Positions 17,465-28,085 of a DNA stretch of 64,000 nucleotides are shown in pieces (the first letter of the stretch is position 1; the number at the start of each line of letters is the position of its first letter). The notes beneath the pieces are model-generated. The model was not told the DNA's origin. It saw nothing but the letters and a program-made list of their open reading frames with translations, and made no database searches. The stretch comes from an uncultured Candidatus Binatia bacterium. Lineage in GTDB: Bacteria > Desulfobacterota > Binatia > Bin18. Position numbers and translations under genes: made by a program. Location of the stretch: positions 1,504,001 to 1,568,000 of the forward strand of contig OZ241744.1 of assembly GCA_965200965.1 (NCBI GenBank), given 5' to 3'.

Positions 17465-19510
17465 ATGCCAAACCCCGAGCATGATCCCACCGGGCAGGGT
17501 GCCGAGTTGTCCCGGCTCGAAGCCTGCATCAACGCGGCCGCGGCCTGGTTGTACCAGCACCAGGCTGAGGACGGCTATTGGGTCGGCATGTTGGAGTCCA
17601 ACTGCTGCATGGAGGCCGAGTGGCTGCTGGCCATGCACATTCTGGGCTACGAGCATCCGCGTAAACATAACATCGTCCAAACCCTGCTTAACGCGCAGCG
17701 CCAAGACGGTGCCTGGGAGATTTATTACGAGGCACCGGACGGCGATATCAACACCACCGTTGAGTGCTACGCCGCCCTGCGGGCCAGCGGCCTGGCACCC
17801 GACACCCCGGCCCTGGGCAAAGCCCGCGACTGGATATTGGCCCACGGCGGGTTCGATAGCATCCGCGTGTTTACCCGCTATTGGCTGGCGCTCATCGGCG
17901 AGTGGCCGTGGGACAAAACGCCCTGCCTGCCGCCCGAGGTGATTGCCCTGCCCGGCTGGTTTCCGCTGAGCATCTACAATTTTGCCTGCTGGGCGCGGGC
18001 AACCCTGGTTCCGCTGAGCATTCTGTCGGCCCGCCGCCTGTGTCGGCCCCTGCCGCCCGAGCGGCGCTTGAACGAACTCTTTCCCCTGGGCCGGCAGCGG
18101 GCCTGCACCGCCCTGCCGCGCAAGGCCGGCCTGTTCTCGTGGCAGACGTTTTTCCTGGCCGCCGACACCGCGCTGCGCGCCTACCAAAAGTTCGGCTTCA
18201 CCCCCGGCCGTGAAGCCGCCATTCGCCAGAGTGTGGAATGGATCATCAAACACCAGGACGCCGACGGCGCGTGGGGCGGCATTCAGCCACCGTGGATCTA
18301 CAGTCTGATGGCGCTCTACGCCGAGGGCTATCCGCTCAGTCACCCGGTCCTGGCCGCGGGGCTGGCCGCCCTCGACACCCATTGGTCATATGAGCGGGAC
18401 GGCGGGCTGCACATTCAGGGCTGCGAATCGCCGGTCTGGGACACGCTGCTGTCGAGCCTGGCGCTGATCGACTGCGGCTACCAGTTCCAGCAGTCAGAGC
18501 CGATGCAGACCGCGCTCGACTGGATTCTTGCCCACCAAGTCACTGTCGGGGGCGACTGGCAACACACCCTGCCCGAGGTCACACCCGGCGGCTGGGCGTT
18601 TGAACGGGCCAATACCGCCTACCCCGATATTGATGACACCGCCCTCGCCCTGATCGTTCTGGCCCAGCTGCGCAAACAGTGTCCGGACGACGGGCGTTTC
18701 AGCGCCCCGTTTACCCGGGCCATAGACTGGATACTGGCCATGCAGTCCAGCAATGGCGGCTGGGCCGCGTTTGACCGCGATAACAACACACAGATGCTGA
18801 CCACGATCCCGTTTTGTGATTTCGGGGAGGTCCTTGACCCGCCCAGCGTTGATGTCACCGCCCATGTTGTCGAAGCCTTCGGCCTGCTCGGCTACGACAC
18901 CTCCCAGCCGGCAATGGCCCGCGCACTGGCCTACATCCGCGGCGAGCAAGAACCCGAGGGCAGCTGGTTTGGACGCTGGGGGGTGAACCATATCTACGGC
19001 ACGGCCGCGGTGCTGCCGGCCCTGCGGGCGATCGGCGAAGACATGCGCACCGCCTATGTCCAGCGCGCCGGCCAATGGCTGGCGGCCCATCAAAATGCCG
19101 ACGGCGGCTGGGGCGAGACCTGCGCCTCGTATATGGACGACCGCCTGCGTGGCACAGGGCCGAGCACCGCCTCCCAGACTGCCTGGGCGCTCATGGCCCT
19201 GACAGCCCTGGACGGACGAGATTTTGAGACCGCGATTCGTCGGGGGGCGGACTATCTGGTCCGCACCCAGCGTGGCGGCAGCTGGGACGAGCCCTACTAT
19301 ACCGGCACCGGCTTCCCCGGCTATGTCACCGGCGCGCGGACCGAACTCCAGGTCCAGGAAATGAAAAAACGCTTTGCCCAGGGCACCGAACTCCAGCGCG
19401 GTTTCATGCTTAACTACAACCTGTACCGCCACTATTTCCCGCTCATGGCGCTAGGCCGTGTGCGGGAGTATTTCAGCCGCGCGGCATCCCGCCCGGACGG
19501 CTGGTCGTGA
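17465..19510 (+). CDS. shc: Squalene-hopene cyclase
   Basis: PDIDDTA (DXDD) catalytic motif, multiple QW repeats (QDADGAW, QSSNGGW, QEPEGSW, QNADGGW) and GTGFP. Confidence 0.95.
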   Translation: MPNPEHDPTGQGAELSRLEACINAAAAWLYQHQAEDGYWVGMLESNCCMEAEWLLAMHILGYEHPRKHNIVQTLLNAQRQDGAWEIYYEAPDGDINTTVECYAALRASGLAPDTPALGKARDWILAHGGFDSIRVFTRYWLALIGEWPWDKTPCLPPEVIALPGWFPLSIYNFACWARATLVPLSILSARRLCRPLPPERRLNELFPLGRQRACTALPRKAGLFSWQTFFLAADTALRAYQKFGFTPGREAAIRQSVEWIIKHQDADGAWGGIQPPWIYSLMALYAEGYPLSHPVLAAGLAALDTHWSYERDGGLHIQGCESPVWDTLLSSLALIDCGYQFQQSEPMQTALDWILAHQVTVGGDWQHTLPEVTPGGWAFERANTAYPDIDDTALALIVLAQLRKQCPDDGRFSAPFTRAIDWILAMQSSNGGWAAFDRDNNTQMLTTIPFCDFGEVLDPPSVDVTAHVVEAFGLLGYDTSQPAMARALAYIRGEQEPEGSWFGRWGVNHIYGTAAVLPALRAIGEDMRTAYVQRAGQWLAAHQNADGGWGETCASYMDDRLRGTGPSTASQTAWALMALTALDGRDFETAIRRGADYLVRTQRGGSWDEPYYTGTGFPGYVTGARTELQVQEMKKRFAQGTELQRGFMLNYNLYRHYFPLMALGRVREYFSRAASRPDGWS

Positions 19511-19529
19511 AAGTTTTTGAGGCTTAGGG

Positions 19530-20999
19530 TTATTCTTCAACGGGGAATCCCGCTGATTTCATATCCCTCTGCAAGGAATACAAGTTTGACGCCTGAAAAA
19601 TATGAGGGCCAAAAGCGGATGCTCCTAGGCCGTCAAGCATGTAGAGTTTTAGGAGCCATACCGTAAAGCGGTAAATTCTGTGTATTGATGCAAGGTAGTC
19701 CCCTCCCAGTTTTCCGTGCATAGAGTCATTTCTGGTCTTAACCATGTCAAGGATAAAATTTGCCAGATCGTCATCACTTGGCGTATAGCCTATTGTGCGC
19801 ATGGCCTTTTGGGTAATCAAGCAGTACGGGAAATCAAAGTTGCTCATCTTCGGCTTTTCTCCCCCCTTTTCCTTGCGTTTTTCACACAAAAGGGCCTTCA
19901 GTCGTTGCCAATCCGAGTTGCTGTAGTTAAGTTCGTTTCTAATCGGCAATAGTTTATATGCCCCTTCCAACATGGGGGCCAACGTGTTGAACGCTGCTGC
20001 AGAATATTTTGGGCGCTCGTCAAAAAGAAGGTCGTAAAAACGAACAAGTTCGGTTCGCCCAAACTTGTCATAAAAGCTCCACCATTTGACTAAGACTTCT
20101 TTCAAATCTATGTTGGCCTTTTGAAGATCATGATAGCTGAATAGCATAGAAGCACTTCTAGATCTTTCCGAATGAGATTCATATAATTCATGCGGAGAGC
20201 AAACAAGAACATCCGTTTTTCTATCGCATATCTCCGGGCTGTGGACTTTACATTCCGACACCGGGGAGGCGTGATTCATGGCGAACTGAAAAAATCGCTG
20301 GACCTTTTTCATATCCTCCATAGCTGAGTTCAGTAGACGGGGCTTATCATATTCCAACCTTACCCATGTCCTTTGCTCCAACATGTCAAAGTCAAGGCGG
20401 ATGTCAAAGGTTATGCTCACCCTCGGCCCATCGGGCAATTCTACCTGTATATTTTCCGGTCGTTTATAGTTGACCTCTCCCGATTCGTACCACTGCTTAA
20501 AATCCATTCTGCCGGTATTGGGATCGGTGAAGAAACCATTGCCATGACCTCGCAGCCACTCTGATAAATTGGCTATAGAAAAAACTAACTTATCGCAGTG
20601 ATACTCTTCCGGGAGTTCGACAGGGCCGTCAGGCATAAATACCAAAGCGATGTCGGCGGTAATTGTCCAATCAGTAAAGTTTGGAGAATAACTAGACGAC
20701 ATTCCCCTTGGGTCCGGCATAACGATCATTCTTGGACCGCTCCAATCATGCGTTTCCCCCTTACCTACTCCGATAAGTATTTCTTGGCCAAGCTCGCTAC
20801 GGTCATCCCATTCTGGCCTCATAAGCCACGATGGGTTCGCTAGGGTCCATGCCTTAATAATCGGTGCTCCATCAGACCCCACTTCAAAAACCCCTGGAAA
20901 CCCTTTTTTTTGCAACTGGTGCAGACCGTCCGACAAGTGCTTTTCAATTTCTTCCCTTGTTGCGGTGTAAAAGAATCCCCGCAGGACTGGCTTTTCCAT
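19530..20999 (-). CDS. ApeA-like HEPN-domain protein (candidate antiphage RNase)
   Basis: C-terminal R-x4-H HEPN motif (RNDSMH) with a following WLLKLYML helix; beta-rich N-terminus; visibly AT-richer than flanks. Confidence 0.62.
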   Translation of the reverse strand: MEKPVLRGFFYTATREEIEKHLSDGLHQLQKKGFPGVFEVGSDGAPIIKAWTLANPSWLMRPEWDDRSELGQEILIGVGKGETHDWSGPRMIVMPDPRGMSSSYSPNFTDWTITADIALVFMPDGPVELPEEYHCDKLVFSIANLSEWLRGHGNGFFTDPNTGRMDFKQWYESGEVNYKRPENIQVELPDGPRVSITFDIRLDFDMLEQRTWVRLEYDKPRLLNSAMEDMKKVQRFFQFAMNHASPVSECKVHSPEICDRKTDVLVCSPHELYESHSERSRSASMLFSYHDLQKANIDLKEVLVKWWSFYDKFGRTELVRFYDLLFDERPKYSAAAFNTLAPMLEGAYKLLPIRNELNYSNSDWQRLKALLCEKRKEKGGEKPKMSNFDFPYCLITQKAMRTIGYTPSDDDLANFILDMVKTRNDSMHGKLGGDYLASIHRIYRFTVWLLKLYMLDGLGASAFGPHIFQASNLYSLQRDMKSAGFPVEE

Positions 21000-21011
21000 C
21001 TTCCTCTCTCC

Positions 21012-21557
21012 CTATTGTGGAGGCTTCTGACCGATCCGATGGGCCGATGTTATATCTTTGACTTTTCGAGCGACAGCAGGGTCAAAAGGAATCCCAAGGT
21101 GGGCCATCTCCTTTCTGACGCGATCTGTTTGCTGCTCGGTGAGCAACTTGACCGGCGCTCGAACGAGTCCCTCCCACATGTTCACATAGTTGACAGAGTT
21201 GTCCGAGGCGACACGCTGGAACAGCCCGTCCTGATCAAAGTGGAACGCTGTCACAGTATTGTCGTAATTGCCCCCACCCGCGAGCAGACCAACGAAAGGA
21301 ACGAATGTGGCCCCATGCATCGTCCACTTGGTGTAGTAGTAAATCCATGTGGACTCATCACCCGTGTACACGACATCGTGTGGCTGCCCAAAGTGTGTGT
21401 GGACTCCGCGTTTGGTCGTGATACTTTGCTGAAGCTGCATGTACCGGCCAACATCGGTCAGGTGAGGATTTCCAAGCTGCGCGGAGCAACCGGAGAACAA
21501 CACCACACTGACCGCAATGACTGTGGCAGCCATCCAGGTGGATTTGTATTTTTTCAT
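21012..21557 (-). CDS. Lipoprotein, SmpA/OmlA (BamE-like) fold
   Basis: Lipobox LFSGC; TTKRGVHTHFGQP...WIYYY...FDQDG pattern. Confidence 0.65.
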   Translation of the reverse strand: MKKYKSTWMAATVIAVSVVLFSGCSAQLGNPHLTDVGRYMQLQQSITTKRGVHTHFGQPHDVVYTGDESTWIYYYTKWTMHGATFVPFVGLLAGGGNYDNTVTAFHFDQDGLFQRVASDNSVNYVNMWEGLVRAPVKLLTEQQTDRVRKEMAHLGIPFDPAVARKVKDITSAHRIGQKPPQ

Positions 21558-21594
21558 CTAGGTCTCTTTTCAGTACTCCCATCTAGCACGACGC

Positions 21595-21984
21595 CTAATT
21601 CAGGTCAAGCGCGTACTCGCGCAGGAGTTCCAGCGGGACAATCTCCAGGGCGCGCTGGTGGGTGCGGGTCAGATAGACCCGGGGGGCCGTGCCGTGCTGG
21701 TAGGCTTCGAGCCAGCGGGCGGCGCACAGACACCAGCAGTCGCCCGGTTTGACGCCCGGGAAGCTGAACTCGGGCCGGGGCGTTGACAGGTCATTGCCGC
21801 GCTGGCGGGAGAAGTCCAGAAACTCCCGGCTGGCCTCAACGCAGACGGTGTGCGAGCCGCGGTCCTGACCGCTGGTGTTGCAACAGCCATCGCGGAAGAA
21901 GCCGGTCAGCGGCCGCTCGCTGCACGGTGTGAGCGGCTCGCCAAACACGTTGACCGAGTCGTCCATCTTCTGGGTTTCCATCAT
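21595..21984 (-). CDS. DUF2237 family protein
   Basis: NVFGEPL..CS..PLTGFFRDGCC, GNDLSTP and PGDCWCLCAARW. Confidence 0.88.
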   Translation of the reverse strand: MMETQKMDDSVNVFGEPLTPCSERPLTGFFRDGCCNTSGQDRGSHTVCVEASREFLDFSRQRGNDLSTPRPEFSFPGVKPGDCWCLCAARWLEAYQHGTAPRVYLTRTHQRALEIVPLELLREYALDLN

Positions 21985-22002
21985 GCACTATCCTCCTGTG
22001 GC

Positions 22003-22473
22003 TTATTCGGCCCGTTCAGGGACGTCTCCCGGTTGCGCTTGGGCCTGTGCAGGGGCGCACGCGCCAAGATGCCGACCAACCGCCCGTATGGTCTGTGAAA
22101 AGTCCTTACGCTCAAACCGCATGCGGCTGGTCATGGTCGTCCCGGTCACGCTGTACTCCAGGGTCCCGCTCAGTGGATGCACCCCTTCTCCACTGCCGCA
22201 GCTCAGCCGAGCGGTGAGTTTGCCGCCCTCCTGCTTGAGGTCGTGCAGCTCACAGCCCTCGTCTTTCACAAAGTCCTCAAACGGGGCGACCTCGGGCTCG
22301 TCAACACATTTGGTCTGGGTGGTAAATCTCGGCTGGGGCAGGGAGGGTGACGAGATGGTGGTGGTGATATGCCATTTGCCGACCCTGACCGGCAAGGTCT
22401 GCGCCCCGCCGGCTTGGCCGACAAGCAGGACAAGGCCGCAACTCAGGCAAAAAAGGTGACGGGGCTGCATCAT
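22003..22473 (-). CDS. Secreted protein, DUF3617-like
   Basis: Signal peptide, GKWHITT, four conserved-looking Cys and a terminal GRHLGAC. Confidence 0.65.
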   Translation of the reverse strand: MMQPRHLFCLSCGLVLLVGQAGGAQTLPVRVGKWHITTTISSPSLPQPRFTTQTKCVDEPEVAPFEDFVKDEGCELHDLKQEGGKLTARLSCGSGEGVHPLSGTLEYSVTGTTMTSRMRFERKDFSQTIRAVGRHLGACAPAQAQAQPGDVPERAE

Positions 22474-22493
22474 TTAAGAAGCCTCCTGTAGCT

Positions 22494-24875
22494 CTACGGC
22501 CCGACCGACGGGCCGGCCGCGCTGTTGTGGGCCGCGGCCACCCGGACGGTGGCAAAACGCGGCTTGAGCAGGGACACCATGGCAGGAATAAAGACGAGAG
22601 CACCGACAATGTGCAAAAACAGCACCAGGGCCAGCAGAAACGCCATCTCGGCCTGAAACTTCATCGGAAAGAACAACCAGAAGATGACGCTGGCCGTCAG
22701 CGTTGTGCCGGTAAACAGAATCGCGCGGCCGGTCGTCATCAGGGCATGTTCAATCGCCTGATCCATGTCGCCGAAGTTTGCGCATTCCTCGGTAATCCGG
22801 GACAGGACATAATAACCATAGTCAATCCCAATCCCAATCCCAATGGCGGCCACCGGCAGGGAGTTGACGTTCATATCAATGCGCGACCAGGACATAATGG
22901 CTTCGGTCAGCGGCTGGGCGATAATAGACGGAATCATCACGATCAGCGCCCCGGTCAGAGACCGATAGGTCAACAGGCTCAACACAAATACGGTGGCCAG
23001 GACCAGACTGAGATTGACCCGGTAGGACCAGGCGACCTCTTCGTTGATGGCGGCCAGAATGCCAAACAGCCCACCGGCCAGACGAAACTCAAGGGCTTCG
23101 ATGGGGTTGTTGGCAATATACTCCCTGGCCCGCCTCAGCGCCTGCATGACCGTGTCGTGTTGATAGTCCTGAAAAAAGATGGTGACGGTGGCGTTCTGGA
23201 GGTCTTTATCCACAAAACGCTCCAGGGCCGGTGCGCCGGCCGACATCAGGAAATAGGCAAACATATTGCCGATATCGACCGACTTTTTGGGCAGAATCGC
23301 CCACTTGGGAATCCCCTCCTCAAAGCGCTGGTATATCTGGCGGATGATGTCCGCCCCGCTGACGCTCCCGCCGGCCAGCGCGTTGTTGCGCTCCATATGA
23401 CGCTGAAAGCGCTCCAGAGCGTGCAGGGCCTCGGCCGTGCGAAACGTCCCCGGCTTGGCCCCTTCGGCGAGCACCACCAGCTGCGAGATGCCGGCAAACT
23501 CCCTGGCAATAATCCGGTCGTAAGCCACATTGTACGGATGGTCGGCATAAAACAGGGCTTTGCCAAACGACACATCACCAATTTTGATCTGCGCCGCAAA
23601 ATAGATGCCGACAATCAGGGCCAAGCCAAAACTGGTTGCCGTCGCATACCGGGCCGCACCCCGACTGACCCGGACTAAGCCGCGGTTTATCCCGGTATAG
23701 ACCCTGTCCGACAGGCGTTGACCAGCCCTGGGGTCATGGCGGGGCGGCGGCAGGAAGCTCAGCAGGATGGGGTGGAGGGTCACGACGCTGATGGCAATGG
23801 TAAAAATCCAGAAACTGGACAAAAAGGCCATCTTCTGGATCAGCGGAATGCGTGCCACCGCCAGGCTCAGAATGGCCAGCCCGTCCGAGGCGATCGAGAC
23901 TAGGGCGGGCGAGAAAAGCCCGAGGTAGGACTGCAAGATAGCGGCGTCTTTGTTGCCCAGGCGGGCGTACTCCTCGTGATAGCGCTCCATTGACTGGACC
24001 GAGTGGGACAGGGCGCGAGCGGTAATGAGCAAAAAGACCACAATCATCAGCAGGTCAATGCTGAAGCCCAGCGCGCCGGCAAAGCCCAGCGCCCAGACCG
24101 TGCTGAGTGTCCCGGAAAAGAGCGGAATCCAGACGCCGTGAATCGTCCGAAAGTAGAACCACAGCAGGGCCGTGATCGACAGCACGGTCAGCAGCGTAAT
24201 CCCGATAACCCACGGCTGGTACTGAAAGACCCAGCAGAACAGGGCCGGAAAGCCGGTCATATGGATGGTGTGCCAAGCGTCAGTCTGCTCGGCCTGGAGG
24301 CGGAACAGGTGCTCCTTCATCCGTCCAAAATCAAGCCCCGACTCCCAGAACGCGGCCGTAATCAGGGCCATCTGGCTATCGTGGGAGACATACACCCCAA
24401 GAATACCGTCGTTGGTATAGACCGCCTTCTTGATCCGCTTGGCCTCGGCCTCGGTTTCGGGTGGTCCGGGGAAGAACAACGGCAGGGCCTGGATGCCGGC
24501 GCTCGATATCTCGATATTGCGCATCTTGGGATGGGAGATGGACAGCACCTGCCAGCCGTTGACCCCGGGCGTCTCCAACAACGCAATAGTCAGCCGGTTG
24601 ATCTTACGGAGGGTTTCGACACTGAAAATATCGCCCTGTTTGACCTCAACCGCCATGACCAGGACATTGGCCGAGCCGAACATCCGGGCGTGTTTTTTGA
24701 CCAGCTGCATATAGGGGTGCCCGGGCGGGTAAAAATCCAGGAAGTTCATCTGAATCCTGGTGTGGGTCAGCTGGTAGACAAAAAATGCCGTCAGCACGAC
24801 CCCCAGGCCGAGCACGACCCAGCGCTTGCGCAACAGAAAGCCGATATAGGCTTCCATCCAGCGACGGGGTAACAT
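22494..24875 (-). CDS. MMPL/RND-family transporter
   Basis: Two repeats of TM plus periplasmic domain; ARALSHSVQ and GIGIGIDYG motifs. Confidence 0.88.
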   Translation of the reverse strand: MLPRRWMEAYIGFLLRKRWVVLGLGVVLTAFFVYQLTHTRIQMNFLDFYPPGHPYMQLVKKHARMFGSANVLVMAVEVKQGDIFSVETLRKINRLTIALLETPGVNGWQVLSISHPKMRNIEISSAGIQALPLFFPGPPETEAEAKRIKKAVYTNDGILGVYVSHDSQMALITAAFWESGLDFGRMKEHLFRLQAEQTDAWHTIHMTGFPALFCWVFQYQPWVIGITLLTVLSITALLWFYFRTIHGVWIPLFSGTLSTVWALGFAGALGFSIDLLMIVVFLLITARALSHSVQSMERYHEEYARLGNKDAAILQSYLGLFSPALVSIASDGLAILSLAVARIPLIQKMAFLSSFWIFTIAISVVTLHPILLSFLPPPRHDPRAGQRLSDRVYTGINRGLVRVSRGAARYATATSFGLALIVGIYFAAQIKIGDVSFGKALFYADHPYNVAYDRIIAREFAGISQLVVLAEGAKPGTFRTAEALHALERFQRHMERNNALAGGSVSGADIIRQIYQRFEEGIPKWAILPKKSVDIGNMFAYFLMSAGAPALERFVDKDLQNATVTIFFQDYQHDTVMQALRRAREYIANNPIEALEFRLAGGLFGILAAINEEVAWSYRVNLSLVLATVFVLSLLTYRSLTGALIVMIPSIIAQPLTEAIMSWSRIDMNVNSLPVAAIGIGIGIDYGYYVLSRITEECANFGDMDQAIEHALMTTGRAILFTGTTLTASVIFWLFFPMKFQAEMAFLLALVLFLHIVGALVFIPAMVSLLKPRFATVRVAAAHNSAAGPSVGP

Positions 24876-24908
24876 CGCCCTACAACCCTCCTCCCGGCAA
24901 AGACTGCT

Positions 24909-24937
24909 AGGCTAAGGGGGTGTCTGTGAGCTGTCAA
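24909..24937 (-). promoter_or_regulatory. Sigma70-type promoter for the MMPL gene
   Basis: TTGACA-17 bp-TAGCCT on the minus strand, about 34 bp upstream of the start codon. Confidence 0.6.
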
Positions 24938-24989
24938 GACTCGGCTTTCCCCATTGACGCCACGGGCGATTTATTGAAGATGTAGCCTC

Positions 24990-27725
24990 GTGTTACCCGC
25001 TCTCCTGCCCACGCTCATCGTCCTGCCCCTGCTGGGCGCGCTCGTCCCGCTGCCGGCGCGTTTCCACCGGGCGGCAGCCCCGCTATTCTCCCTTCTTCCC
25101 GCTGCTCAACTCTGCATCGTTCTGATCCTGTGGTCTGAGGTCCAGCGGGGCGCAACGGTGCAGCTCTCCTGGCCGTGGCTGCCGCCGCTCGGCCTGCGGC
25201 TGAGTTTTCAATTGGACGGCCTGAGCTGGCTGTTCAGCAGCCTGATCTCGGGCGTCGGGGTGCTGGTATTTGTCTATGCCGGCTCGTACCTGCGAGACGA
25301 CCCCCATCTCACCCGTCTGTACCGTTTGTTGCTGCTGTTCAACAGCGCCATGATGGGCGTGGTGCTGGCCGACAACCTGGTCGTTCTGCTGGTGTTCTGG
25401 GAGCTGACCAGTGTGGCCTCGTTTCTGCTGATTGGTTTCCGCTCTGAGCGCCCCGCGGCGTGTGAAGGGGCGACCAAGGCCCTGGGCCTGACCGCCAGCG
25501 GGGGCTTGGTTCTGCTGTTCGGAATCTTGCTGGTCTTTGCCGAGACCGGCAGCCTGGAGTTGTCGCGCCTGCTGGCCGATCCGACCCCGGTATCCAGCGC
25601 AGTCGGGGTCTGTTTTCTGCTCGCGGCGTTTACCAAGTCGGCCCAGTTTCCGTTTCACATCTGGCTGCCCTCGGCTATGGAAGCCCCTACCCCGGTGAGC
25701 GCCTATCTGCACGCCGCCACAATGGTCAAGGCCGGGCTGTACCTGATGGCGCGCGTCTCTCCGCTGTTCGCCACCGACCCGGTCTGGTCGGCGGCCGGCA
25801 TCAGCGTCGGAAGCCTGACCCTGGTCTGGGGCGGAGCGCTGGCGTGCAAGCAGACCGACCTGAAAGCCCTGCTGGCGTATTCAACGGTCAGCCAGTTGGG
25901 GATGATTGTGCTCTTGATCGGGATTGGGACGCGGCTGGCCCTGCTGGCCGCAACGCTGCACCTCGTCAACCACGCGGCCTTCAAAGGTGCCTTATTTTTG
26001 ACTGCCGGAGCGGTTGAGCACGAAGCCGGCACACGGGATATCCGCCGGCTGGGCAGCCAGCGCGGGGAGATGCCGCTGATTGCCGGGGCGGCAGCCCTGG
26101 CCTGTTTGTCAATGGCCGGTCTGCCTCCGCTCGGCGGCTTTATCAGCAAAGAGTTGTTCTACGAGTCGGTCCTGACGGTTGGACCGGTGCTGAGCAGTGT
26201 AGCTGTAGCGGCCAGTTGTCTCACCTTCCTGTATTCGGCCCTGCTGTGTTATGGGACATTTTTTGCCGCGCCGCTGCCCGCCAGCCACACCCCAGGCACG
26301 CACCGCCTCGATCACACGCCGCTCGGCATAGCCCTGCCCATCTTCACCCTCAGCGCTCTCGCCCTGGCCTCCGGGCTGCTGCCGGGTCTGGCCGAGGCCG
26401 TCATCACGCCAGCCCTCGGGGCGATTGCCGGGCCTGCTCCGTCTCCCCATCTTGGCCTGTGGCACGGGCTGACCCCGCCGCTTGCGCTGAGCCTCACCAG
26501 CCTCGGTGTCGGGCTAGGTTTGTTCCTGTTGCGCCGAGCGTTTATCCCCGCGCTCCAAACCCGCCAGGCCGCGTATTCGCTCAACCGTCTGTACATCGCT
26601 AGCCTCACCGCGCTGAGCGCCTTGTTCACCTGGCATCGTCGGCTGTATATGACCGGGCGTCTCAGCGACTATGTTTGCTATGTGCTGCTAGCCCTCATCC
26701 TGGGCCTCAGCCTGCCGATGTGGCAGTTTTTTGCCACAACGCCACTGCAAACCGATGTGGCGGCATCAAGCTCGCACGAAATTGGGCTGGCCCTGCTGAC
26801 CGCGGTGGCTGGCCTAGCCTGCTGTGTATTTCGCTCGCGGCTGGCCATCATCCTGGCCCTGGGCTTGGTCGGCTCCCTGGTCTCCATCTTTTTTGTGCTG
26901 TTCAGCGCACCGGATTTAGCCCTGACCCAGATTCTGGTTGAGGCGGTCGGGCTGGTCCTGTTTCTGCTGGTGCTGCGGTTTTTCTCTCCGCTTGACACCG
27001 ACCGGCCGGCTGTTGGTCGGCGGCTGCTGCACCTCAGCCTGAGCATCGGCACCGGGGTGTTGGTGGCCCTGCTGCTCCTGGCCGCCAACATCGGCCAGTT
27101 TGGGCCGTCCGAGTTGGCCCCGTATTTCCTGGACAACAGCTATGAGTTGGCCGGGGGAAAGAATGTGGTCAATGTTATTCTGGTCGATTTCCGGGGCTTT
27201 GACACTATGGGAGAAATCACTGTCTTTGCCGTTGCCGCGCTGGCGGTGTTTGCCATGATCGGGCTGGGCGACCGCGGCCAAGAGCCGCTGAGCAACACGA
27301 GCCGGGTCAGCTTTCGTTCCCCGATTCTGCCGTCTTTTGCCCGCCTGACCCTCCACCTCCTGCTGCTGTTCGCCATCCATCTGCTGCTGCGCGGCCACAA
27401 CGCGCCGGGCGGCGGCTTTATTGCCGGGGTGCTGACCGCGGGAGCGCTTACCTTTCAGATGATGGCCTTTGACGCCGAAGCGTTCCGCGCCGAGGGACCG
27501 CTCAATCCCCTGTGGATGGTGAGTCTGGGCCTGCTGCTGGCCGCCCTCACCGGGCTGGGCGCGGTGGTCTTGGGCCAGCCGTTTTTGACCAGCGCCTTCG
27601 GCCACATCTCTGTGCCCCTGCTGGGCGAGGTCGAACTGGTCACCTCAATGGGCTTTGATATCGGCGTGTACTTGGTCGTTGTCGGCACAACCATCGGGAT
27701 CATTCATAGCGTGGCCGAGGCATAG
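24990..27725 (+). CDS. mrpA: Na+/H+ antiporter subunit MrpA fused to MrpB domain (group 2 Mrp)
   Basis: [43 protein letters not shown] and C-terminal [12 protein letters not shown]. Confidence 0.93.
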   Translation: MLPALLPTLIVLPLLGALVPLPARFHRAAAPLFSLLPAAQLCIVLILWSEVQRGATVQLSWPWLPPLGLRLSFQLDGLSWLFSSLISGVGVLVFVYAGSYLRDDPHLTRLYRLLLLFNSAMMGVVLADNLVVLLVFWELTSVASFLLIGFRSERPAACEGATKALGLTASGGLVLLFGILLVFAETGSLELSRLLADPTPVSSAVGVCFLLAAFTKSAQFPFHIWLPSAMEAPTPVSAYLHAATMVKAGLYLMARVSPLFATDPVWSAAGISVGSLTLVWGGALACKQTDLKALLAYSTVSQLGMIVLLIGIGTRLALLAATLHLVNHAAFKGALFLTAGAVEHEAGTRDIRRLGSQRGEMPLIAGAAALACLSMAGLPPLGGFISKELFYESVLTVGPVLSSVAVAASCLTFLYSALLCYGTFFAAPLPASHTPGTHRLDHTPLGIALPIFTLSALALASGLLPGLAEAVITPALGAIAGPAPSPHLGLWHGLTPPLALSLTSLGVGLGLFLLRRAFIPALQTRQAAYSLNRLYIASLTALSALFTWHRRLYMTGRLSDYVCYVLLALILGLSLPMWQFFATTPLQTDVAASSSHEIGLALLTAVAGLACCVFRSRLAIILALGLVGSLVSIFFVLFSAPDLALTQILVEAVGLVLFLLVLRFFSPLDTDRPAVGRRLLHLSLSIGTGVLVALLLLAANIGQFGPSELAPYFLDNSYELAGGKNVVNVILVDFRGFDTMGEITVFAVAALAVFAMIGLGDRGQEPLSNTSRVSFRSPILPSFARLTLHLLLLFAIHLLLRGHNAPGGGFIAGVLTAGALTFQMMAFDAEAFRAEGPLNPLWMVSLGLLLAALTGLGAVVLGQPFLTSAFGHISVPLLGEVELVTSMGFDIGVYLVVVGTTIGIIHSVAEA

Positions 27726-27733
27726 GGGAGCGG

Positions 27734-28066
27734 GTGGAACTCATTATCATCGGCCTTGTTGGGGTGCTGTTTGGCTGCGGGACCTATCTCCTGCTCCAGC
27801 GGCATCTGCTCCAGGTCATTATTGGGCTGTCGCTCTACTCGCACGCCGCCAACCTGGCGCTGATGGTGTCGGGCGGCCTCAAGCGCGGCAACCCGCCGGT
27901 GCTCAGCGTCGGCCCCCCCTATACCGACCCCCTGCCCCAGGCCCTGGTCCTGACCGCTATCGTGATCAGCTTCGGCATGACCGCCTTTGCCACCGTGCTG
28001 GCCTTTCGCACCCGCCAGGTGTGCGACTCAAACGACATGAATGAACTGGCCGGCGGAGAAGAGTGA
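27734..28066 (+). CDS. mrpC: MrpC
   Basis: DPLPQALVLTAIVISFG. Confidence 0.93.
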   Translation: MELIIIGLVGVLFGCGTYLLLQRHLLQVIIGLSLYSHAANLALMVSGGLKRGNPPVLSVGPPYTDPLPQALVLTAIVISFGMTAFATVLAFRTRQVCDSNDMNELAGGEE

Positions 28067-28085
28067 TAAAAACAAGGAGGTCCTG

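Noticed and set aside
22825-22845. CCCAAT short tandem repeat
   Set aside because: It encodes the GIGIGID motif of the transporter.
22494-24875. Calling the MMPL gene hpnN
   Set aside because: Proximity to shc only; no HpnN-specific features or hpnM were recognised.
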